DNA from: Candidatus Deferrimicrobiaceae bacterium
Lineage (GTDB): Bacteria > Desulfobacterota > Deferrimicrobia > Deferrimicrobiales > Deferrimicrobiaceae
Reading direction: 5' to 3'
DNA length: 64,000 nucleotides
NCBI GenBank assembly: GCA_963792415.1
Contig: CAWBVY010000006.1
Coordinates: 576,001-640,000 of the forward strand
Shown piece by piece: positions 38,493 through 48,191 of this stretch (positions within the stretch are counted from its first letter, which is position 1; each line of letters begins with the position of its first letter). The notes beneath the pieces were generated by a model, which made no database searches, had not been told where the DNA came from, and saw nothing but the letters and a program-made list of their open reading frames with translations. Position numbers and translations under genes: made by a program.

Positions 38493-39317
38493 ATGGCCAT
38501 CGTGACGATATCGAGGAAATGCGGGACGGGGGCCAGGGAGGTCGCCAGGGCCGTAGCGAAAAGGCTCCGGTATGAATTCGTCGGCAAGGAGTCGATCTAC
38601 AAGGAAATCGAAGTGTACGGGAAGGAGTGGCTGGATTGGGTCGCGCGGCTGGACGATCGCGCTCCCACCCTCCTGGAACGGTACGACCAGTCCCACGCCG
38701 CATACCTGGCGCTGGTGGAACATTGCATCTACGTGAACGCACTGAAGAACGACGTGGTCATCCTGGGCCGCGGGGGGAACTATCTCCTCGAAAAGATCCC
38801 TTACTCGCTGCGGGTCCGTATCACGGCGTCCGCGAAGGATCGCGGCAAGGTCCTCTGCGACCGGTTCGGAATCGATGAGGCGGCGGCCCGGAAAATGGTG
38901 ACGCAGAGCGACCACGAAAGATCCATCTACATAAAAAGGGGCTACCACAGGAACTGGGACAACCCCGACGATTACGACATGGTATTGAATTCCGGGAGGA
39001 TGGGCTTCGACGAACTGGTGGCCCAGATCGTGAGCGAAATCCCCGCGAGAGACCGGCTTTTCACGCCGGAAACCGAGGAACAGCTGCGCCGGCTGGAACT
39101 GGCGTCGCGGGTCAAGGTGGAGATCATCACCCGTTTCTACATGTTTATCAGTACATTGGAAGCACATCACGACGGAACGGCCATCGTCCTTCGCGGCGTA
39201 TGCCTGCTGACGAAGGAAAAGGCGCGGGAATTGATGGAAACCGCGGTGCGCTCGGCGGGAGCGACCCGGATACGGAACGAACTCTATACCGGACCGCCCG
39301 CCGGGGAGGAATCCTGA
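38493..39317 (+). CDS. Cytidylate-kinase-like family protein with a BON-like C-terminus
   Basis: MAIVTISRKCGTGA, VILGRGG, YDMVLNS; AAAGGAG SD. Confidence 0.82.
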   Translation: MAIVTISRKCGTGAREVARAVAKRLRYEFVGKESIYKEIEVYGKEWLDWVARLDDRAPTLLERYDQSHAAYLALVEHCIYVNALKNDVVILGRGGNYLLEKIPYSLRVRITASAKDRGKVLCDRFGIDEAAARKMVTQSDHERSIYIKRGYHRNWDNPDDYDMVLNSGRMGFDELVAQIVSEIPARDRLFTPETEEQLRRLELASRVKVEIITRFYMFISTLEAHHDGTAIVLRGVCLLTKEKARELMETAVRSAGATRIRNELYTGPPAGEES

Positions 39318-39365
39318 CCCTCCGCCCGCCGCATTCGGCATTGTCGATCCGCGCAGGAGATCGAA

Positions 39366-39394
39366 TTGACATCTCCGGACGACGGGAGTATGGT
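39366..39394 (+). promoter_or_regulatory. Sigma70 promoter of the terC-usp unit
   Basis: TTGACA-17 nt-TATGGT. Confidence 0.75.
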
Positions 39395-39445
39395 TAGCCT
39401 AGAGAAAAGATCGTTTCCACTGGCGACTCCGGAAGGAGGAGTGGA

Positions 39446-39559
39446 ATGAACTTTCTCTGTCTAGCGGCGGTTTGCGTTTCCCTCCCTTCATTGCGGCGGC
39501 GGTCGGGGAAAAATATTCTCCTGGCCAAGCGTGCGCGCATCGCATCTCCTTCTTCATAA
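39446..39559 (+). CDS. Candidate 37-aa leader peptide (uORF) of terC
   Basis: AAGGAGG SD 6 nt before ATG; MNFLCLAAVCVSLPSLRRRSGKNILLAKRARIASPSS; TAA overlaps the terC SD. Confidence 0.45.
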   Translation: MNFLCLAAVCVSLPSLRRRSGKNILLAKRARIASPSS

Positions 39560-39568
39560 GGAGGGGCC

Positions 39569-40579
39569 ATGGACGTCGTAGCGTTGTGGGGACTCTTCGC
39601 GGGACTGGTGCTGGGGACGCTCTTCGTCGACCTCCTCAAGTTCAACAAGAACCCCCATGTGATGTCTCTTCGGGAGGCTTCCGTGTGGTGCGGCATCTGG
39701 GTCTCCCTGGCCGCGTCGTTCGGAGCCGCCGTTTTCTACCTCGAGGGGTCGGTCAAGGGGCTGGAGTTCGTCACGGGCTACATCATCGAGTGGTCCCTGA
39801 GCGTGGACAACCTCTTCGTGTTCATCGTGATCTTCCGCTACTTCGCCGTCCCGCCGGCCTTTCAGCACCGGGTGCTCTTCTGGGGGATCATGGGAGCCAT
39901 CGTCCTGCGGGGCATCTTCATCGCCGCCGGCGTCGGCCTGCTGACGTATTTCCACTGGACGATCTACCTCTTCGGGGCCTTCCTGGTCTACACGGGAGTA
40001 AAGCTCCTGCGCGCGGGAGAGGTGGAGGTCGAGCCGCAGAAAAACCCGGTTCTCCGATTTTTCAAACGCCTCATGCCGATCGAGACCGGATACGACAAGC
40101 AGAGCTTCTTCGTGCGGCGGAATGATCGCCTGGTCGGGACCGCCCTCGTTCCGGTCCTGATCGTCATCGAGACGACCGACGTCATGTTCGCCGTGGACTC
40201 GGTGCCCGCCATCCTCGCCATCACCCGCGACCCCTTCATCGTGTACACGTCCAACATCTTCGCCATCCTCGGCCTCCGCGCCCTGTACTTCCTGCTCGCG
40301 GGGGTCATGGGAATGTTCCGGTACCTCAAGATCGGGCTCTGCTTCGTCCTCTCGTTCGTGGGGATCAAGATGCTGATCTCCGACTTCTACAAGATCCCGA
40401 TCACGGTGTCGCTCGGTGTCGTGGCGGGCATCCTGGCGGCCTCGATCGTGGCATCCCTCGTTTTCCCCGAGGCCGACAAACCCGCGGAGGCGCAGCACAC
40501 CGATGCATCGGCGGCACCGAAGGGCGAACCGGCGGGTCCGGACGCCAATGGAAAGGACATCCAGCATCGCGCCGCCTGA
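39569..40579 (+). CDS. terC: TerC/Alx-family membrane protein
   Basis: EWSLSVDNLFVF, QHRVLFWGI, DVMFAVDSVPAI, SNIFAILGLRALYF. Confidence 0.92.
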   Translation: MDVVALWGLFAGLVLGTLFVDLLKFNKNPHVMSLREASVWCGIWVSLAASFGAAVFYLEGSVKGLEFVTGYIIEWSLSVDNLFVFIVIFRYFAVPPAFQHRVLFWGIMGAIVLRGIFIAAGVGLLTYFHWTIYLFGAFLVYTGVKLLRAGEVEVEPQKNPVLRFFKRLMPIETGYDKQSFFVRRNDRLVGTALVPVLIVIETTDVMFAVDSVPAILAITRDPFIVYTSNIFAILGLRALYFLLAGVMGMFRYLKIGLCFVLSFVGIKMLISDFYKIPITVSLGVVAGILAASIVASLVFPEADKPAEAQHTDASAAPKGEPAGPDANGKDIQHRAA

Positions 40580-40610
40580 CCGGAACGGTACGGGGGGCGT
40601 ACGGCCTCCG

Positions 40611-41549
40611 ATGCACATCTTCTTCGCCACGGACGGGTCCGCCTCGGCCCGGTTCGCGCAGGCGCAGATCCTCGCGATGCCGTGGCGCGCCCCCGTCCAA
40701 CTCACCGTGATGACGGCGGTTCACATCCCCCCGCCGCCGTTCGCCTCCTTCGTCTCGTCGGCCCAGCAGGCGTTCGAGGCCGAGTTGGTCACCCTGCGTC
40801 TCGAGGCGGAAGTCCGTGCGGAAGAGGTGTTGGCCAAAGCGCGACACGCCTTCGAGGCAAGCGCTTCCAGCGTCGCCACGCGGATGCACGCAGGCTCCCC
40901 CGGGGCGACGATCGTCGAAATGGCCAGGGCGTGCCGCGTCGACCTGGTGGCGGTCGGCTCGCGGGGGCTGGGGCCCTACAAGGGATACCTGCTGGGGAGC
41001 GTGTCGGATCACGTCGCGAACCACGCCCGCTGCTCCGTGCTGCTGGCGAAGACTCCCCCGAAGAGGACGGAACGGTACCTGCTGGCCCTGGACGATTCCC
41101 GGTACGCCGTGGCGGTCCTCCGGTGGCTCAGGGAACTCGATCTGTCGAAGGGAGCCCGGATCCACCTGGTGAAGGTCTTCCGGTCCATGGACGACTTCCC
41201 GGATGCCGACGGCCGGGACTGGGTATGCGCCTGCGACAGGACGGCCCCCGCCATGTTCGCACCGTGGGGGGACGCCCCGGAGGTGCTGGAGGCGATGTGC
41301 GAAGAGGGGCTCGACACGAAGGTCGCCCGGGTGACCGTGGAGGTCCGGTTCGGCCAGGAGGTTCCGGAGATCCTGGCGTCCGTCCGGAAGTTCAAGCCGG
41401 AACTGCTGGTGATGGGCGCCAGGGGGCACTACTCGAGCGCGGCGTCCCCGCTCGGCAACGTGGCGCGCGAACTGATCGATGACGCGCCCTGCTCGGTCCT
41501 CATCGTGCGGCCTTCCGGTCCGGAGTTTCCCGATCCGATCTCCCTGTGA
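40611..41549 (+). CDS. Tandem-domain universal stress protein
   Basis: ATDGS, VGSRGLG...LGSVSDHV, VMGARG...LGNVA...PCSVLIV. Confidence 0.9.
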   Translation: MHIFFATDGSASARFAQAQILAMPWRAPVQLTVMTAVHIPPPPFASFVSSAQQAFEAELVTLRLEAEVRAEEVLAKARHAFEASASSVATRMHAGSPGATIVEMARACRVDLVAVGSRGLGPYKGYLLGSVSDHVANHARCSVLLAKTPPKRTERYLLALDDSRYAVAVLRWLRELDLSKGARIHLVKVFRSMDDFPDADGRDWVCACDRTAPAMFAPWGDAPEVLEAMCEEGLDTKVARVTVEVRFGQEVPEILASVRKFKPELLVMGARGHYSSAASPLGNVARELIDDAPCSVLIVRPSGPEFPDPISL

Positions 41550-41598
41550 CCTCCGGATCTTACCCTCCGGGTCCCTTATCGCGGCGAGATGCGGCGAT

Positions 41599-42576
41599 TC
41601 ACGCGGCCCCCCGCACGATGCCCACGCCCAGCGGGTCCGGCGGGTCGGCAGCGATCTTGCGGAACCCCGCCGACCGCATCATCCCGGCGATCTCCTTCGC
41701 CGTGTAGGCCCGTCCGCCCTCGGTCACCGCCACCATGTGGACGGAGAAGAAGGCCGGCCCCGGCGGGGACGTCTTCCCTTCCGCGAGCAGGAATTCCTGT
41801 ACGGCCGCCCGCCCCCCCGGCGCCAGGGCGGCGCGGGCCTTGCGCAGCAGCTTCCGGCAGTCGTCTTCGGGGAAGGCGTGCAGGATCTGGGAGATCCAGA
41901 TGAAGTCGTACGGTCCGCCGAGAGGGTCCTTGAGGAAATCCCCCTCCATCAGCCGGATCCGCGCCTCCACCCCCTTTTCCCGCAGGATCTTCCGGGCGAT
42001 CCGCAGCGTTCCCGGCGTGTCGAAGACGGCGATTTCCGCGCGGGGGTACGCCTGTGCCCACGCGACGGCGTAGGTGCCCGGCCCGCCCCCGAGGTCGAGG
42101 AGGCGGTCTCCGGCGTGGAGAGGAATCTTCCGGGCCACGGCCGCCGCCCGCTTCCGGGCGTTCTCCTCCATTCCCCGGATGAAGTTCTCCTGGTACCCGC
42201 CGTCCGCGCCACCGCCCTTTCCTTGCCCCGCCCGGATCGTGGCGGGAAGGCGACCCCATTCCCCCCACCCGTCGAGGTGGTGCAGGAGGATGGACTCCAT
42301 CGAACGCGGCCCCGGGAGCAGAACCTCCCGCGCCAACCGCGAGATCCCGTACCGGCGGCCGGCCTTGGAAAGCAGGCCGAGGACCACGAGGGCGTCGAGG
42401 AGGATGGAGAGCTTCCCGGGGTCGGCTCCGACCCGGCGCGCCAGCGCGGAGGCATCGCATTCCCCGGACGCAAGCCCCCGGAACACCCCGAGCTTCAGCG
42501 CGGCGAACAGGATCATCGCGCGCTGGTAGCCGTGCCCCAACGCCATCAGGTCGTCCATGTTCCGAACCGGTCTCAT
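41599..42576 (-). CDS. SAM-dependent O-methyltransferase (family 2, with dimerisation domain)
   Basis: LFAALKLGVF, LLDLGGGPG, GDFL, SQILH. Confidence 0.88.
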   Translation of the reverse strand: MRPVRNMDDLMALGHGYQRAMILFAALKLGVFRGLASGECDASALARRVGADPGKLSILLDALVVLGLLSKAGRRYGISRLAREVLLPGPRSMESILLHHLDGWGEWGRLPATIRAGQGKGGGADGGYQENFIRGMEENARKRAAAVARKIPLHAGDRLLDLGGGPGTYAVAWAQAYPRAEIAVFDTPGTLRIARKILREKGVEARIRLMEGDFLKDPLGGPYDFIWISQILHAFPEDDCRKLLRKARAALAPGGRAAVQEFLLAEGKTSPPGPAFFSVHMVAVTEGGRAYTAKEIAGMMRSAGFRKIAADPPDPLGVGIVRGAA

Positions 42577-42581
42577 CCGCG

Positions 42582-44066
42582 TCACCTCCTCCGGGCCTTC
42601 TCCATTTTCCGAAGGACCGCGGCTCCCCCCGCCGCGTCCACGACATCGTACCCCGCGGCGCGGATCTTTTCCCGCAGCGCATCCGCCGCCGGGTAGTCGC
42701 CCCCCCGCCTTCGGGACTCCCGTTCCCGCGCCATCGCCGCCACCTCGGCGGGGATCATCGAATCCTCCCCTTCGCCGACTCCGACCGTTTCGTTTTCGGC
42801 GTCGGCTTCGGAGAGCAGGCCCACGCAGAGGACCGCGTCCCACTCCGTGGCGAGCGCCCGGGCAGCCTCCCCTCCGATCCCCGACCGGAGAGCCTTGCGA
42901 ACGACGGCGAGGGCGCGCGGCATGTTCAGGTCGTCCGAGATCGCGTCGCGGAATTCCGTCCTCGATGCCGCCGCGGCGTCCTCTCCCGACGTCGCCTCCA
43001 GCGCCGCCCGACGGAAAGCCGCCCGCAGGCGGGAACGGGCGCGGGCCGCCGCGGCCTGGCCCTCCCAGGTGAAGTTCATCGGCGTCGCGTAGTGAAGGGT
43101 CATGCAGTAATACCGGAAATCGGCGGCGGAGAATCCCTTCCCTCCCCCGGGCGGACCGGTTTCCAGGTCGTCCAGGGTGTACTCGTTCCCCGCCGACTTG
43201 GACATCTTCTTCCCGTCGACCAGCAGGTGGGCCGCGTGCAGCCAATGGGCGGCGAACCGCTTCCCCGTGGCCACCGTCGCGAGGGCCCGGGAATTCTCGT
43301 GGTGCGGGAACCGGAGGTCGATCCCCCCCACGTGCAGGTCGAACTCGGGCCCGAGGTGCCGGATCGCCATCGCCGCGCACTCCGAGTGCCAGCCGGGCCA
43401 TCCCCTCCCCCAGGGGCTGTCCCACTGGAACTCCCGCCCCGGCTCGGCGGGCATCCAGAGGACAAAGTCCTCCGGCCTCCTTTTGTGGCGGTGGCCCCCC
43501 GGGTCCGTCCGTTCCGCGGGCGCCCCCTCCCCGAGGGCGGCCCCCGAGAGGGCCCCGTACCCCGGAACCTTCGACACGTCGAAGTAGAGGTACCCGCCTC
43601 CCCCGTAGACGGCCCCACGCTCCTCGAGCGCGCGCACGAGCGCGATCATCTCCGGGACGTGTTCCGAGGCCCGCGGGTAGGCGTCCGCCGGGAGGAACGC
43701 CATCCTGCGGCAATCCCTGAAGTAGGCCTCCGTGAAAAATGCGGCGATCTCCCGCGCCGACTTCCCGGCCGCGCGGGCGGCGGCGATCACCTTGTCTTCG
43801 CCCTCCTCCAATTGCTCCTGGTGCATGTGCCCCATGTCCGTGATGTTCTGGACCGCGAAGGTGCCGTACCCGAGGAAGCGCAGGGTGCGGACGAGAAGGT
43901 CGGTGAGGAGGTACGTGCGGAGGTTCCCGATGTGGGCGTACCGGTAGACGGTGGGGCCGCAGGTGTAGATGCGCACCCGCTCCGGGTCGGCGGGTGCGAA
44001 GGGCACGCTCCCCCGGGATGCGCTGTCGTGCAGGAAGAGGCGCGTCCCGTCGCGCGTGTGCACCAA
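42582..44066 (-). CDS. cysS: Cysteine--tRNA ligase, divergent
   Basis: CGPTVY, HIGN, WDSPWG.G.PGWHSEC, KMSKS, DDLN, ADALR. Confidence 0.88.
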   Translation of the reverse strand: MVHTRDGTRLFLHDSASRGSVPFAPADPERVRIYTCGPTVYRYAHIGNLRTYLLTDLLVRTLRFLGYGTFAVQNITDMGHMHQEQLEEGEDKVIAAARAAGKSAREIAAFFTEAYFRDCRRMAFLPADAYPRASEHVPEMIALVRALEERGAVYGGGGYLYFDVSKVPGYGALSGAALGEGAPAERTDPGGHRHKRRPEDFVLWMPAEPGREFQWDSPWGRGWPGWHSECAAMAIRHLGPEFDLHVGGIDLRFPHHENSRALATVATGKRFAAHWLHAAHLLVDGKKMSKSAGNEYTLDDLETGPPGGGKGFSAADFRYYCMTLHYATPMNFTWEGQAAAARARSRLRAAFRRAALEATSGEDAAAASRTEFRDAISDDLNMPRALAVVRKALRSGIGGEAARALATEWDAVLCVGLLSEADAENETVGVGEGEDSMIPAEVAAMARERESRRRGGDYPAADALREKIRAAGYDVVDAAGGAAVLRKMEKARRR

Positions 44067-44067
44067 G

Positions 44068-44265
44068 CTACATCTCCTGGTGCGATTCCTTCTCGATCTC
44101 ATCGGAGAGGAGTTTCACGTGCTTCTTCTCCTCTTCCGCGAGATACCGGAACAGCTCCCGTATCTCCGGCTGCGTGGCGATCCGCGCATATTCCGTGTAG
44201 TTCCGGTACGCGACCTTCTCGCGCTCCAGCGCCATCCGGATCACGTCCATCGGGTTTACGGGCAT
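44068..44265 (-). CDS. 65-aa half-ferritin/rubrerythrin-like protein
   Basis: ALEREKVAYRNY...LFRYLAEEEKKH. Confidence 0.8.
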   Translation of the reverse strand: MPVNPMDVIRMALEREKVAYRNYTEYARIATQPEIRELFRYLAEEEKKHVKLLSDEIEKESHQEM

Positions 44266-44334
44266 CTCGATACCTCCAGCGGGATGGAAGGTCCGGAGCG
44301 CCTCCGGGCGCGCCGGGCAACCGGGGGAATCCTT

Positions 44335-44718
44335 TCAGCCGGGGTGCTTCTTGTCGTAATCCGCGAGAGCGGACTTGACCGCCTCCTCCGCCATGACCGA
44401 GCAGTGGATCTTCACCGCCGGCAGCCCGTCGAGCGCGTCCGCGACGTGCTGGTTCGAGATCGCCCGCGCCTCTTCGAGGGTCTTCCCCTTGATCATCTCC
44501 GTCAGCATCGAGCTGGAGGCGATCGCCGCCCCGCACCCGAACGTCCGGAACTTCGCGTCGACGACCTTCCCCCCGTCGATCTTGAGGTAGAGGCGCATCA
44601 TGTCGCCGCACGCCGGGTTGCCGACCTCGCCGACGCCGTCGGCGCTCTCGATCTCCCCCACGTTCCGGGGATTCATGAAGTGGTCCATCACCTTTTCGCT
44701 ATAGGGTCCCGCCGCCAT
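44335..44718 (-). CDS. iscU: IscU/NifU-N Fe-S scaffold
   Basis: [33 protein letters not shown]. Confidence 0.94.
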   Translation of the reverse strand: MAAGPYSEKVMDHFMNPRNVGEIESADGVGEVGNPACGDMMRLYLKIDGGKVVDAKFRTFGCGAAIASSSMLTEMIKGKTLEEARAISNQHVADALDGLPAVKIHCSVMAEEAVKSALADYDKKHPG

Positions 44719-44725
44719 GATCCGG

Positions 44726-45934
44726 TCATCCTCCTTTGATTTGCTGCTTCTGGTAGTCGAGATACGTCGGGGACATCTCCCTGAGCCGTTGCACGATGCC
44801 GGGCATCGCGTCGAGGGCCAGACGGACCTCGTCCGCGGTGTTCCCCTTCCCGAGACTGAAGGTGATCGACCCGGTGCAGATGTCGCTCGGCACGCCGATC
44901 GCCCGCAGGACGGGGGAAGCCACGAGATCCTCCTCGTCGTGCCCCCGGAGATTGGAACTGCACGCGGATCCGGACGCGGCCATCACCCCTTTCATGTTGA
45001 GGAACAGGAGGAGCGATTCCCCCTCGACATGCTCCACCCAGAAGGAGACGTGCCCGGGAAGACGCTCGGACGGGTGCCCGGTGTAGTGGAGCATCGGGAT
45101 CGCGGCCAGGCCGTCCCACAGGACCTTCCCCAGGCGGGAGAGATGCTCCGCCCACGCGCCCATCTCCCGACCCGCGAGGATCGCCGCCGCGCCCATCCCC
45201 ACCACGGCGGGGACATTTTCGGTCCCGGCCCGGTACCCCATCTCCTGGAACCCGCCGAACGTCCGTGGCGCCACCTTCGTCCCCTCGCGGAGGTAGAGCG
45301 CCCCGGCCCCTTTCGGTCCGTAGAAATTGTGCGCCGAGAGGGTGACGAGATCCGCGGGGATCTCCCGGACGTCCAGGGGGATGTGCCCCGCCGACGCGGT
45401 GGCGTCGACGTGGAACGTGACTCCCGCCTCCTTCGCGATCCGCCCGATCGGACCGACCGGCTCGATCGTTCCGATCTCGGAGTTGGCGTGCATCACCGAG
45501 ACGAGTGCCGTGTCGGCCCGAAGGGCCTTCCGGACGGCGTCGGGGTCGACCACGCCGTTCCGGTCCACGGGAAGAATGGTCACCTCGTACCCCGCGTTGC
45601 GCAGCGGAATCAACGCGTTCATCACGGAGAAGTGCTCGACGTCCGACACGACGACGTGCCGCTTCCGGGCGCCTGTCCCTTCCGCCGCGCCGAGGACGGC
45701 GAGGTTGTTCGACTCGGTGGCTCCCGAGGTGAAGACGATCTCTCCCGCCTTCGCCCCGATCAGCGCCGCGACCTCGCCCCTCGCCTGATCGACCGCCCGC
45801 AGCGCCGCCTGCCCCTGGTCATGGATGTGGGAGGACGGGTTCCCGTACCGATCGAGGAAGTACGGACGCATCGCCTCGAAGACGCGGGGGTCGAGGGGGG
45901 TGGTCGATATATGGTCGAAAAAGGCCTTGGTCAT
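44726..45934 (-). CDS. iscS: IscS/NifS-family protein with the PLP lysine replaced by Asn
   Basis: [36 protein letters not shown]. Confidence 0.88.
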   Translation of the reverse strand: MTKAFFDHISTTPLDPRVFEAMRPYFLDRYGNPSSHIHDQGQAALRAVDQARGEVAALIGAKAGEIVFTSGATESNNLAVLGAAEGTGARKRHVVVSDVEHFSVMNALIPLRNAGYEVTILPVDRNGVVDPDAVRKALRADTALVSVMHANSEIGTIEPVGPIGRIAKEAGVTFHVDATASAGHIPLDVREIPADLVTLSAHNFYGPKGAGALYLREGTKVAPRTFGGFQEMGYRAGTENVPAVVGMGAAAILAGREMGAWAEHLSRLGKVLWDGLAAIPMLHYTGHPSERLPGHVSFWVEHVEGESLLLFLNMKGVMAASGSACSSNLRGHDEEDLVASPVLRAIGVPSDICTGSITFSLGKGNTADEVRLALDAMPGIVQRLREMSPTYLDYQKQQIKGG

Positions 45935-45956
45935 CGGATCGTCCACCCTCCCCCGT

Positions 45957-46154
45957 TCACGGCGTGACGTTGAACTGCTCCATCTTTTCCCTGATGAGTT
46001 TCAGGTGGTTGCGCTCCTCGTCGGCAAGAAAGCGGAACATCGACTTCACGGCCGGGTTGGCCGCCTCGGCGGCGCTCTTCTCGTACTCCGCGAAGTTCTC
46101 CGCCTCCAGGCGGAGCGCCATCCGCAATGCCTCTTCCATGGACCAGTTCGCCAT
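45957..46154 (-). CDS. 65-aa half-ferritin/rubrerythrin-like protein
   Basis: ALRLEAENFAEY...MFRFLADEERNH; GGAGGAG SD. Confidence 0.8.
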   Translation of the reverse strand: MANWSMEEALRMALRLEAENFAEYEKSAAEAANPAVKSMFRFLADEERNHLKLIREKMEQFNVTP

Positions 46155-46352
46155 CACGCTCTCCTCCGACGGCACGTATCAATTTATGATTTACCCGGAG
46201 CGGATTCCGTTTCAAACGAATCCTCCCGGATCGCCATAATACCATGGAGGGGGACGGTGGTCGCCCGCCGATGGGCCGCATCGAGGCAGGCGGGCATCGG
46301 ATTTGCTATCATGTGCATCGAAGGTGGACAGATGCATCACGGGGGACATGGA

Positions 46353-46922
46353 ATGAAGTGGGGTACGTTGTCGCGCAGAGGGATCGGGGCGGTTCCGCTG
46401 ATCCTGGCGCTGGTCGTGGTGCTGGCGGGAGCCCTGCTTCTATACCGGAATTGGCAACAGGAACGAGGGTTTACGAAGGCAGAGTCGGGATCGGCGGCGG
46501 GGCTTCCCGGGTCCGGGACCGCCCCCCCGTTTTCCCTCAAGGACACGAACGGAAACATCTACTCCTCCGTCCAGCTCGCGGGGAAACCGGCGGCCATCAA
46601 CTTCTTCGCTACCTGGTGCCCCCCCTGCCGGGAGGAGATCCCCGGCTTCGTCGAGGTGTACAACAAGCACAAGGAGAAAGGGTTCGAGTTGATCGGCATC
46701 TCGCTCGATACCGACACGCGGGAAAATCTTCCGGGATTCCTGATGAGCAACAAGATCGGCTACAAGATCCTTTTCGGGGACCTGGCCACCGCCCGGGCGT
46801 ACGGCGGGGTCTCCGCCCTCCCGACCACCTTCTTCATTGGCAAGGACGGGGAGATCAAGAACGTGCACGTCGGCTACATGGACAAGGACGCGTTCGACGA
46901 GGAAGTCCGGAAACTTCTCTAA
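46353..46922 (+). CDS. Membrane-anchored TlpA/ResA thiol-disulfide oxidoreductase
   Basis: TM helix; NFFATWCPPC; LPTTF. Confidence 0.9.
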   Translation: MKWGTLSRRGIGAVPLILALVVVLAGALLLYRNWQQERGFTKAESGSAAGLPGSGTAPPFSLKDTNGNIYSSVQLAGKPAAINFFATWCPPCREEIPGFVEVYNKHKEKGFELIGISLDTDTRENLPGFLMSNKIGYKILFGDLATARAYGGVSALPTTFFIGKDGEIKNVHVGYMDKDAFDEEVRKLL

Positions 46923-47004
46923 AAAAGGGAAGGGGGCGAAAAGGTGTTCTTTCGCCCCCTCCGGCCGGCCGATGCCGGCAATTTTCGTCCCGGTGCCGTT
47001 CCCG

Positions 47005-47175
47005 TTACGCCGGGACGCACGCCGCGGTAGGGCACACCCCCGCGCACGCCGCGCAATCCGTGCAGGTGCTTGCGTCGATCGTGTAGATCGGGTCCCCCTC
47101 CGCGATGCACTGGACGGGGCATTCCGGTACGCACGCGCCGCAGGCGATGCACTCCTCCGTGATTTTGTACGCCAT
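47005..47175 (-). CDS. 2x[4Fe-4S] ferredoxin, 56 aa (not in the ORF track)
   Basis: MAYKITEECIACGACVPECPVQCIAEGDPIYTIDASTCTDCAACAGVCPTAACVPA; GGAGGAGG SD. Confidence 0.93.
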   Translation of the reverse strand: MAYKITEECIACGACVPECPVQCIAEGDPIYTIDASTCTDCAACAGVCPTAACVPA

Positions 47176-47203
47176 GACACCTCCCTCCGAATGAGTTAGT
47201 GGG

Positions 47204-47422
47204 TTATACGGATTCCACCCGTTCGACGGCCGGAATCCGCTCCTTGAGAGCCGCCTCGATGCCGCCCTTCAACGTCATGTTGGCCATCGGGCAGCCGCCG
47301 CATGCGCCCAAAAGGCGCACCTTCACCACGCCGCCGTCGATGTCGACGAGTTCCACGTCTCCCCCATCGGCCTGGAGGGCGGGGCGAATGCTTTCCAGCA
47401 CTTTCTCGACTTCTGGTCTCAC
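47204..47422 (-). CDS. Nfu (NifU C-terminal) Fe-S carrier
   Basis: [22 protein letters not shown]. Confidence 0.92.
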   Translation of the reverse strand: MRPEVEKVLESIRPALQADGGDVELVDIDGGVVKVRLLGACGGCPMANMTLKGGIEAALKERIPAVERVESV

Positions 47423-47515
47423 CGGTACACCTCCTCGATTTCCCGCAATGTCGTCAACATTCCGCCATCATCCCAATAAGATGCAGGGGGAGGATCCTCC
47501 GTTCCTTGACGCGGG

Positions 47516-48154
47516 TCAATCCGCGGAAAGAAGGTCGAACCCCGATTTCCTGATCGCGGCCTTCACCACCTTGTAGTTCCTGGCCTCGATCCGAAGGACG
47601 AACACCTTGCGCCCCGGATCGTCGTGCGGCGAGGTGGCCACCGACACGATGTTCGCGTCGAAATCCTTCAGGAGTTTCAACACCTCGAAGAGCATCCCGG
47701 GCCTGTTCGCCAGCGCGACCTCGATCCGGTACCCCGGGCCGCTGACGCCCATCGCCTCGATGAAACTGTCGATGATGTCGGTTTCCGTGAGGATCCCGAC
47801 GAGCTTCCCGTCGTCCACGACGGGCAGGCAGCCGATCTTCTTCTCCCGGAGGATCAGGGCCGCCTCCTCGATCGGGGCCGTGGAGGAGACGGTGTACGGC
47901 CGCCGCGTCATGATCTGCTTCACCTTGACCTTGTCGAGAAGGTAGTAGATCTCCCGGATCTCGAGGGCGGTCGCCGGGGAAGGGGACGCCTGCTTGATGT
48001 CCCGCTCCGAGAGGATGCCGACGAGCCGTTCGCCGTCTTTCAGGACGGGGAGGTGACGGATCTCGTGTTCCTTCAGAAGGTCCATCGCCTTCTTCATCGA
48101 GTCCCCCTCGTCGACGACCACGGGGTTCCGCTTCATCCGCTTGGCGACGTTCAT
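47516..48154 (-). CDS. AcuB-like CBS-pair + ACT protein
   Basis: IRHLPV, GILSERDI, IGCLPV, NRPGML. Confidence 0.88.
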   Translation of the reverse strand: MNVAKRMKRNPVVVDEGDSMKKAMDLLKEHEIRHLPVLKDGERLVGILSERDIKQASPSPATALEIREIYYLLDKVKVKQIMTRRPYTVSSTAPIEEAALILREKKIGCLPVVDDGKLVGILTETDIIDSFIEAMGVSGPGYRIEVALANRPGMLFEVLKLLKDFDANIVSVATSPHDDPGRKVFVLRIEARNYKVVKAAIRKSGFDLLSAD

Positions 48155-48191
48155 CGCAGTCCCTCCTCGGCGAATTCGTTACCGCTCCGCA

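Noticed and set aside
39380-39568. yybP-ykoY riboswitch
   Set aside because: GGGAGTA overlaps the -10 box and the other conserved elements were not found.
41599-47422. Selenoproteins among the redox genes
   Set aside because: Cys motifs use ordinary Cys codons; no in-frame TGA read-through candidate was seen.
47447-47461. AATGT-N5-ACATT palindrome upstream of nfu-ferredoxin
   Set aside because: Could be an operator, but it is short and single, with no regulator evidence.
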